From positions 1 to 32,000 of the forward strand of contig NC_007614.1 in assembly GCF_000196355.1 (NCBI RefSeq): a stretch of DNA of 32,000 nucleotides. The letters are read 5' to 3'. This stretch comes from Nitrosospira multiformis ATCC 25196. Its GTDB lineage: Bacteria; Pseudomonadota; Gammaproteobacteria; Burkholderiales; Nitrosomonadaceae. This document shows, piece after piece, positions 26,103 to 32,000 of this stretch. The notes under the pieces are model-generated. The model was not told where the DNA came from. It searched no databases and saw nothing but the letters and a program-made list of their open reading frames with translations. The translations under genes and the position numbers were made by a program. Each line of letters opens with the position of its first letter. Position 1 is the first letter of the stretch.

Positions 26103-27338
26103 TCAGTTCGGATTCAATTTTCTTACCGGCAACGCCCACATCCGCAACAGCACCGCTGCTATCGCTGCCAGTCCTCCCGCGAAAAAGAATGCCGTGGCTG
26201 CACTCTGAAACTGCCAGAGCGATCCGAACAGCAGCCCCGCGGGAATTGCCGCGAGCCCCACCATCAGGTGATACCAGCCAAAAGCTGTTCCCCGTTCCCG
26301 TGGCAGCGCGTAATCGCTGATGATGGCGCGCTCCGCCCCCTCGCTCATGCCGGCGCATAAACCGTAAAAAATGCTTACCGCCCATAATCCGCTACTCCCC
26401 GCTACCTGCCCCAGCATCAGGAACGAAAGCGAAAACGTGGACCAGCCTATCAGCATCAACGTCCCGCGTCCCAGACTGTCCGCCAGTTGCCCCCCCCAGA
26501 TGGAGGTCGCGGCTTTGCAGAGACTCAGCGCCGCCCACAGCAGCAGTAATTCCACGGTTCCAACCCCTAACTGATGTCCCAGCAGCAGGATGAAGGTTTC
26601 CGACGCGCGGGCAAACGTAAACAGCATCAGCACCAGAAGATAGCGCCGCATGGGGAGGGATAAGAGCGACCAGCGCAAAGGGGGAAGTTCGGGAGGAACT
26701 GGACGATGACCGGCAGCATCCTCCTTATCCTCCTTCACTCCGACTCCGAGCAGCAGCACGGCGATGACGCCTGGAACCGCGGACCAGAGGATCACTTCCG
26801 TGAGGCTCAAGCCGGACCATGCCAGCACTGCCGCCGCCACCAGGCTGCCTGCAACGGCGCCGCCGTTATCCATGGCGCGATGATAGCCGAAGGCGTAGCC
26901 GTGCATTCCCGGCGGCGTCGCGTCCGCAACCAGCGCATCACGCGGCGCGCTGCGCAAACCCTTGCCTGCCCGGTCGATGCTGCGCAATACCAGAATCACG
27001 AGCCAGGAGCCCGCCAGCCCGAGCATTGGGCGGGTAATGTTCGAAAGCGTATATCCTGCGACCGCAAGCCCCTTGCGCCGTTCCCTCATGATATCCGAGT
27101 GCCGTCCCGCCCACAGCTTGAGCAGACTTGCCACCGCATCCGCAACACCCTCGATCAATCCCAGCGCTATCGGTCCCGCTGCCAGCACCGTCGCCAGCAG
27201 GATCGGAATGAGTGGAACGACGATATCCGAAGCAAAATCGTTGAAGAAACTCACCAGGCCGAGAACGATCACGGTGGGGGGCAGTTTTTTCCGGGGGACA
27301 GGTTGCTGGGGCAGCGCTATCTGATCAGGTTTTTCCAT
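26103..27338 (-). CDS. Major facilitator superfamily transporter
   Basis: 411 aa, about 12 TM. LVSFFNDFASDIVVPLIPILLATVL, LRSIDRAGKGLRSAPRDALVAD, ERGTAFGWYHLMVGLAAIPAGLLFG. Confidence 0.87.
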   Translation of the reverse strand: MEKPDQIALPQQPVPRKKLPPTVIVLGLVSFFNDFASDIVVPLIPILLATVLAAGPIALGLIEGVADAVASLLKLWAGRHSDIMRERRKGLAVAGYTLSNITRPMLGLAGSWLVILVLRSIDRAGKGLRSAPRDALVADATPPGMHGYAFGYHRAMDNGGAVAGSLVAAAVLAWSGLSLTEVILWSAVPGVIAVLLLGVGVKEDKEDAAGHRPVPPELPPLRWSLLSLPMRRYLLVLMLFTFARASETFILLLGHQLGVGTVELLLLWAALSLCKAATSIWGGQLADSLGRGTLMLIGWSTFSLSFLMLGQVAGSSGLWAVSIFYGLCAGMSEGAERAIISDYALPRERGTAFGWYHLMVGLAAIPAGLLFGSLWQFQSAATAFFFAGGLAAIAAVLLRMWALPVRKLNPN

Positions 27339-27370
27339 ACCCGAATATTAGCGTAAAATGCGCGGTTACC

Positions 27371-27446
27371 GCCCTGGTAGCTCAGTGGATAGAGCGACCC
27401 CCTCCTAAGGGGTAGGTCACACGTTCGATTCGTGTTCAGGGCGCCA
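27371..27446 (+). tRNA. tRNA-Arg (anticodon CCT, positions 27404-27406), CCA encoded
   Basis: Cloverleaf by hand: acceptor GCCCTGG/TCAGGGC, D arm GCTC..GAGC, anticodon arm ACCCC-CTCCTAA-GGGGT, T-loop GTTCGATTC, 3' GCCA. Confidence 0.95.
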
Positions 27447-27453
27447 ATAAAAA

Positions 27454-27484
27454 CAGGAGGTTATACTTTTAAAATAACTTCCTG
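27454..27484 (+). terminator. Hairpin just downstream of tRNA-Arg, possible terminator/processing hairpin
   Basis: CAGGAGGTTAT-ACTTTTAAA-ATAACTTCCTG: 11-bp stem with one G.U pair. No strong U-tract after it. Confidence 0.4.
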
Positions 27485-27687
27485 ATTACGTCAGGGTTGC
27501 GCGCGCCGTAATACCTCTTTTCTCTGCCTTTTTATACCCCATCTTCTGCATCAGATAGCCCAGCTGTTACTCAGGTGTACTTTAGTCCAGTAGTCACCAG
27601 CGTATCGGGTGATAAGATTCTGCTGCTAATAACCCAACAAAAGACTTAAACACAATTGATCGGGTTTTTGACGTTGACAGTGATTTT

Positions 27688-27936
27688 ATGAAAATGGCAT
27701 TAATGCTATCACTATACTCTCCAGCTTCCTATATTGTCTCATTGGCTATATTTGCATCATTTATCTTCTTTTTTCCCCTGATTTTTAGGGAATTATCGGG
27801 CTCGCAATCCAAAGCGGCATTCCATTCGTTGAAGCAATGTACTAAACTGGAACACCACGGCTTCGCTTCTTGGCGAAACGATCGGGAGGAACAGCTCTGC
27901 CGTCCTGCGATGATGCTTTTCATCACGCACCTATAA
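27688..27936 (+). CDS. Possible small membrane protein (hypothetical)
   Basis: 82 aa with a hydrophobic N-terminal half (SLAIFASFIFFFPLIF). It has no recognised family and may be spurious. Confidence 0.25.
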   Translation: MKMALMLSLYSPASYIVSLAIFASFIFFFPLIFRELSGSQSKAAFHSLKQCTKLEHHGFASWRNDREEQLCRPAMMLFITHL

Positions 27937-27954
27937 AAAACTGGGCGATAACAA

Positions 27955-28866
27955 ATGAGAACACTAAAACTAAAACTTTTAATCCTCGTCACTCCATTTT
28001 CTCTGTTTTCTGTCCCGTCACACGGGGAATCGAAAGGGGCACCGGTGGAAATCGTCACGAAGACGTATAACCGGGTTTTGGTTCAGGCAAACAAGGATGG
28101 GCCGCGGCTCGCAATCGACGATAAAGAAGCCGGAGCAAGCGCTTTGGGTAAGGAAGCGAGCCACTGCAATCAGGACAGGCAGACAAGTTTTGCCAAGGGA
28201 CGTGCAAAAACCTCCGTAAACAAGCTGAATGAACTGGGGGTGGAAGTCAATCTGGAAAGTGCGGCTTTCGCGCGCGGTGGATATTTCATAACCTGCCAAG
28301 AGAGCAATCCGAGGCAATTCCCTTGTGACACGGGGGGATGCCTGGGAAATGTCACGAACAACAAGTTGGCGAGCGCGGATGTAAGCTCCAGCGCGCGCGT
28401 GGAGCTTCGTTTGCTCACCGCCGATTCTTCGGATTACCGGATAAAAATATCAAAATCGGGTTCAAGTGATCTGGTGGCTACTTTAATAGGTCCGGATGGC
28501 AAGGAAGTAAAACTGAATGAGCCGGGCGGCAAAGATCCGGTTCTACGGCGAGCAAGCAAAGGAAGCTATCAACTGAATCTTGAGCTTCCGGCAGTCGCAA
28601 GCAAGAAAGGCCAAGACAGAGAGGAACTCGAGAAGTCTGCTACGGTTCGCGTCCAATTAATCGCGCTTCCCACTCAGGAGTCCCCGAAAACGGAAACTCC
28701 AAAGCCCGAAGCTTCAAAACCTGAAACCCCGAAATCCGAAACCCCGAAGCCTGAAGCTTCAAAATCTGAAACCCCGAAATCCGAAGCTCCTAAGCCTGAA
28801 ACTTCAAAACCCGAAACTTCAAAACCCGAAACCCCAAAGTCCGAAGCTTCAAAATCTAAAAAGTGA
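27955..28866 (+). CDS. Secreted hypothetical protein with Cys-containing domain and low-complexity repeat tail
   Basis: 303 aa. Signal peptide MRTLKLKLLILVTPFSLFSVPSHG, Cys-containing CQESNPRQFPCDTGGCLGN, beta-rich segment, then (P/S)K(P/S/T)E(T/A) repeats. Confidence 0.75.
   Translation: MRTLKLKLLILVTPFSLFSVPSHGESKGAPVEIVTKTYNRVLVQANKDGPRLAIDDKEAGASALGKEASHCNQDRQTSFAKGRAKTSVNKLNELGVEVNLESAAFARGGYFITCQESNPRQFPCDTGGCLGNVTNNKLASADVSSSARVELRLLTADSSDYRIKISKSGSSDLVATLIGPDGKEVKLNEPGGKDPVLRRASKGSYQLNLELPAVASKKGQDREELEKSATVRVQLIALPTQESPKTETPKPEASKPETPKSETPKPEASKSETPKSEAPKPETSKPETSKPETPKSEASKSKK
28684..28863 (+). repeat. 15-bp-period tandem repeat, 12 units, encoding PKTET/PKPEA/SKPET/PKSET/SKSET-type pentapeptides
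   Basis: Units read directly: PKTET PKPEA SKPET PKSET PKPEA SKSET PKSEA PKPET SKPET SKPET PKSEA SKSKK. The last unit is degenerate. Confidence 0.9.
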
Positions 28867-29877
28867 TAAGTGCCGAGTTCCACTTGAGATTTTTCTGACT
28901 GGAGCTTGGTTGAAGGGGCCACTGCGGCATCCTGTTCCTGCCGGGTGGTCCACGGTGTTGGCTTCGAAGAGCACCGCTCAGGGTGAGGAGGTGCCCTCAT
29001 GACATATCCTCCCATAGCCTAATTTCCTGCCCCCTGCTTCCGCCGGTCGGGGCGGTGCAAGGAGTAGCAATTCGATGAAGGGTGAGGAAATTCCCTCCCG
29101 AAGACTTCTCCTGAAAAGTGTCCACACGGATGACCGTATCCTTTTACCACTTTCCTCTTCCCGGAGGGGCAGATGTTGAATCATCGATGGTGGTAAACTT
29201 GCTGCTATCCGCCATTCAGCATTCCAGAACAACAAAATCCTCATTTTCTTTCATCCGATCGAACTGAAACCGCTTTTCCACTCTCTAATTAAGGACCTCA
29301 CCAGGAAAGTCTGATCACGCGTCTTGAGGTTCTGATTGGCTGTCAACGGGTTTGTACATGGGGCGTTGAACGGTGGGAAGGCAAAGATAAGCGGCAAACC
29401 GCACAGACAATGTGCCGGGGAAGTAAGAGAATTGTTTTACGTCAGGTCAGGCGAAACTGGAGGGCGGGAGAATGGGAAGGGGTTTGGTCGATTTGTCCGG
29501 TTTGAGCGGTGAGCCGGAAAGTGATGATAGGGCAGAGAAGCTCCTGGCACGCTGGGAAGCGGAGATCATGAATTCCTCGGCCTCGGATATGGGACCAGTG
29601 GAACATGGGCAGCAATCGTCGATTATCCCGGGAAACCGCTGGAGTCGCGTGCGGCTTCTTGAGCGCCCGGCGCGGCGCCAATCCGCGCGAGGCCCAAGCG
29701 TTTCTTTGCATGCCACATGCAAAAAACGGAAGCGCAGGTGAATCGCTTCGGATTTGAGGACGCTCCAATATCGCCCACTTCGTGTATTTATAAGCACGAC
29801 CTTATGCGTACCTGATCTGTTCGCTTGCTTATTTTCCCTTATGGGGGAGAAAGTCGGTATGAGGCCTTTTTTCCTTC

Positions 29878-30336
29878 CTATTTGCAGCTTTTTACATCCT
29901 CCGTAACAGTTTTTCCATCTTTCAGTACGACAGTTTGGCGGATAGTCTTGCAATTGCTGCTGTCATCAACGCCAACGACTTCGGCTCTCCCGCTCACGCC
30001 GCTGTCGGGATTGGTGAAAGTCTGGGTCTGATTGGTTTCATACGCCCGCTGGGAAGTCTGAGCCATGCGGCGCTGATCTTCCTGGCCGAGACGTCCTCCG
30101 ATTTCCGCACCCAGATAATATCCGCCCACACCGCCAGCCACAGCACCCAATATACGGCCCGCGGTTCCCCCACCCAGGTAGCTGCCAAGATAGCCGCCAC
30201 CAATGGAACCGGCAACGCTGCCGATCAAGCCGCCGGCACGCCTCGTTTCGGTGGACTGGCATGCTGACAGGAGCGCAACCAGGGCCAGGAGCAGCAAGCG
30301 CTTTGCCCATGCAGCTGAAATCGACGTTTGATTCAT
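29878..30336 (-). CDS. Glycine-zipper 2TM-type lipoprotein
   Basis: Trimmed start MNQTSISAAWAKRLLLLALVALLSACQS (lipobox LSAC). Glycine-zipper region GGLIGSVAGSIGGGYLGSYLGGGTAGRILGAVAGGVGGYYLGAEIGGRLG. C-terminal CKTIRQTVVLKDGKTVTE. Confidence 0.83.
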   Translation of the reverse strand: MNQTSISAAWAKRLLLLALVALLSACQSTETRRAGGLIGSVAGSIGGGYLGSYLGGGTAGRILGAVAGGVGGYYLGAEIGGRLGQEDQRRMAQTSQRAYETNQTQTFTNPDSGVSGRAEVVGVDDSSNCKTIRQTVVLKDGKTVTEDVKSCK

Positions 30337-30541
30337 GACCTTACCTCCAAATTTTGCTTCAGGCTGGATTCGACATTGTACAAGTAACATGGGGCCGCAA
30401 TGCAGTTATACTTGCCGGGATCCTTTTGCATCTCATTGTGTTATTAACGAAAAAGAAGACGCGAGGATGGCGCGCCTGTTCTGTTTTCTGTGGGGCGACT
30501 TTCTGCGACAATTATTATTTTCCTCTTATTCCCAGACTGCA

Positions 30542-30721
30542 ATGAAATTCAGGAAAATAATAAACCTCGTTACTCTGCTGGCCATTCTTCCCGCACTCTC
30601 GGGTTGCTGGTATCTCTTGGCGGGAGGTGCCGGTGCTTACGGCGGCTACAAGATGAAAGAGAAGGGTTATACGCTGCAGAATCCCATCACAAAAGAGAAA
30701 AGCAGTCAGACATCGAAATAA
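30542..30721 (+). CDS. Small glycine-rich lipoprotein (59 aa)
   Basis: Internal start MKFRKIINLVTLLAILPALSGCWYLLAGGAGAYGGYKMKEKGYTLQNPITKEKSSQTSK. The lipobox LSGC supports this start over the longer ORF from 30335. Confidence 0.7.
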   Translation: MKFRKIINLVTLLAILPALSGCWYLLAGGAGAYGGYKMKEKGYTLQNPITKEKSSQTSK

Positions 30722-30783
30722 GAGTGTAGAAATATTGCGCCCGTATTGCTTACGCTCGCGCACCTTTGAAGATCTCCATATTC

Positions 30784-30810
30784 TCCCGTGAGGTCATCTC
30801 TCTCACGGGA
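30784..30810. terminator. Hairpin between convergent genes, possible bidirectional terminator
   Basis: TCCCGTGAG-GTCATCTCT-CTCACGGGA: 9-bp stem between the ends of the 59-aa lipoprotein gene and the DUF445-like gene. No U-tract. Confidence 0.35.
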
Positions 30811-30846
30811 ATGAGCCGGAGGAAGGATGTTTGTAGCGGCTGGAGA

Positions 30847-32000
30847 TCAAGCGAACAGGTGGGCGATGGTGTAGATCGCCAGGCCTGCCAGTCCGCCTAT
30901 CAGCGTGCCATTGATGCGGATGTACTGCAGGTCCTCGCCCACCTGCCGCTCGATGCGGTGCGTCACTGTCTGCGTGTCCCACTCCCGCACGGTGTCGGCA
31001 ATCAGCCTGCCCACATCGCGCTGGTGAGACTGCACCGCTTCCACCAGCACCTCCCGCATCCAGTTATTGAGCCGCTCCCGCAAACCACGGTCCTCAAGTA
31101 CAGTATCGGTGCCCGACTGTATGAGGCCCCGCATCCACCCCCTGATTGCCGAGTCCTCGCTGTCGATGTCCTCGCGCATCCCGTTGCGGAGGTCGCGCCA
31201 GACTCCGTCCGCGTAGTCCCGCAAGGCCGGATGCTCCAGCAGCTTGCGGGTGTGGGCGGCAACCTGCTCGCGATACTCGGGTGAAGTAGCCAGGTCGGAG
31301 GCAAGCTTGCCGATGGCAGCATCCAGTCGCAAGCGCAGGGGGTGGGCAGGGTCGCGCGCGATCTCCGCCACCACCTCGCGCAGGGCTGCCACCACGCTTT
31401 CCCCCACCTTCTCATCCATCGAAAGCCGCTGCCAGAACCAGGCTGTGTTTTCGCGCACCCGCTGACGGATACGGGATTCGTTCGCGGTCACATATTCATC
31501 AGCCTCGCGCAACAGCTTGTCCAGCAGCCGCTGGTGCCGCTTTTCCGCAGTGAGCATCCTCACCGCCTCCCCGAGCAAAGGGCCAAGATCGATGCGCCCC
31601 GCTTTTTCCAGCACCCCGGCCGAAACGAAATGCTGCACATGGCGCTCGTCCACCGAATCCAGCAATTCCGGAATCAGGTGCGTCACATAATCCGCCAGCA
31701 GGTCGGTACGCGCCTCCCCGCACAGCCACGTTGCCAGTTTCCCGGACAAATCCACAGGCGCAAGCTTGGCGGCAACCACTTCGGGAGAAGCAAAGTTGCT
31801 CTCCACGAAGCGTCCCAGCGATTCCCCGATGCGATCCTTGTTACGCGGAATGATTGCAGTGTGGGGAATGGGCAGGCCGAGGGGCTGGCGGAATAACGCC
31901 GTTATGGCAAACCAGTCCGCCAGCGCGCCCACTACCGCAGCTTCGGCAAAAGCGCGAACGTAGCCCATCGCGGGATGAACCGGAAGAAATATGTTGGTCA
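30847..32000 (-). CDS. DUF445/YjiN-like membrane-associated protein, 5' end truncated by the window edge
   Basis: GYVRAFAEAAVVGALADWFAITALFRQPLGLPIPHTAIIPRNKDRIGESLG through the C-terminal INGTLIGGLAGLAIYTIAHLFA. The frame stays open upstream of the listed Met to the window end (TNIFLPVHPAMGYV), so the real start is probably beyond 32000. Confidence 0.87.
   Translation of the reverse strand, partial: TNIFLPVHPAMGYVRAFAEAAVVGALADWFAITALFRQPLGLPIPHTAIIPRNKDRIGESLGRFVESNFASPEVVAAKLAPVDLSGKLATWLCGEARTDLLADYVTHLIPELLDSVDERHVQHFVSAGVLEKAGRIDLGPLLGEAVRMLTAEKRHQRLLDKLLREADEYVTANESRIRQRVRENTAWFWQRLSMDEKVGESVVAALREVVAEIARDPAHPLRLRLDAAIGKLASDLATSPEYREQVAAHTRKLLEHPALRDYADGVWRDLRNGMREDIDSEDSAIRGWMRGLIQSGTDTVLEDRGLRERLNNWMREVLVEAVQSHQRDVGRLIADTVREWDTQTVTHRIERQVGEDLQYIRINGTLIGGLAGLAIYTIAHLFA

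Noticed and set aside
28684-28863. CRISPR-like array
   Set aside because: The repeats are contiguous 15-bp coding units without spacers, in frame within an ORF. This is a protein low-complexity tail.
29447-29953. 168-aa minus-strand ORF overlapping the glycine-zipper gene end
   Set aside because: No recognisable domain, biased Arg/Ser/Pro composition, and overlap with a better supported lipoprotein in another frame. It is likely noncoding DNA.

Overview
This window looks like an ordinary beta-proteobacterial chromosome segment. The gene content and order suggest a nitrifier-like relative (Nitrosospira type), but that is an inference. The core block is dnaA-dnaN-gyrB, glyA-nrdR-ribD, a reverse-strand RegA/RegB-type two-component pair, ribE-ribBA-ribH-nusB-thiL-pgpA-pncC, a YqhA/UPF0114-type membrane protein (reverse), a frameshifted trypsin-like/TPR gene, recA-recX, a small lipoprotein, alaS, trxB, an Smr-domain protein and a DksA/TraR-family protein (reverse). 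After that come an MFS transporter (reverse), tRNA-Arg(CCT), and a more accessory stretch holding a secreted protein with a 15-bp-period repetitive tail and two small glycine-rich lipoproteins. A DUF445/YjiN-like gene runs off the right edge. I found no CRISPR array, transposase, integrase, retron, toxin-antitoxin pair or convincing undescribed defence system. The best items for follow-up are: the TPR gene, which has a 1-nt frame break and apparently substituted catalytic residues; a near-perfect long hairpin between the regB-like gene and ribE; an A(10) tract plus a 15-nt tandem duplication inside thiL; periodic ATGTT motifs upstream of recA; and the 12-unit repeat-tailed secreted protein. 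I also hand-found a 53-aa secreted mini-protein that is absent from the ORF track.
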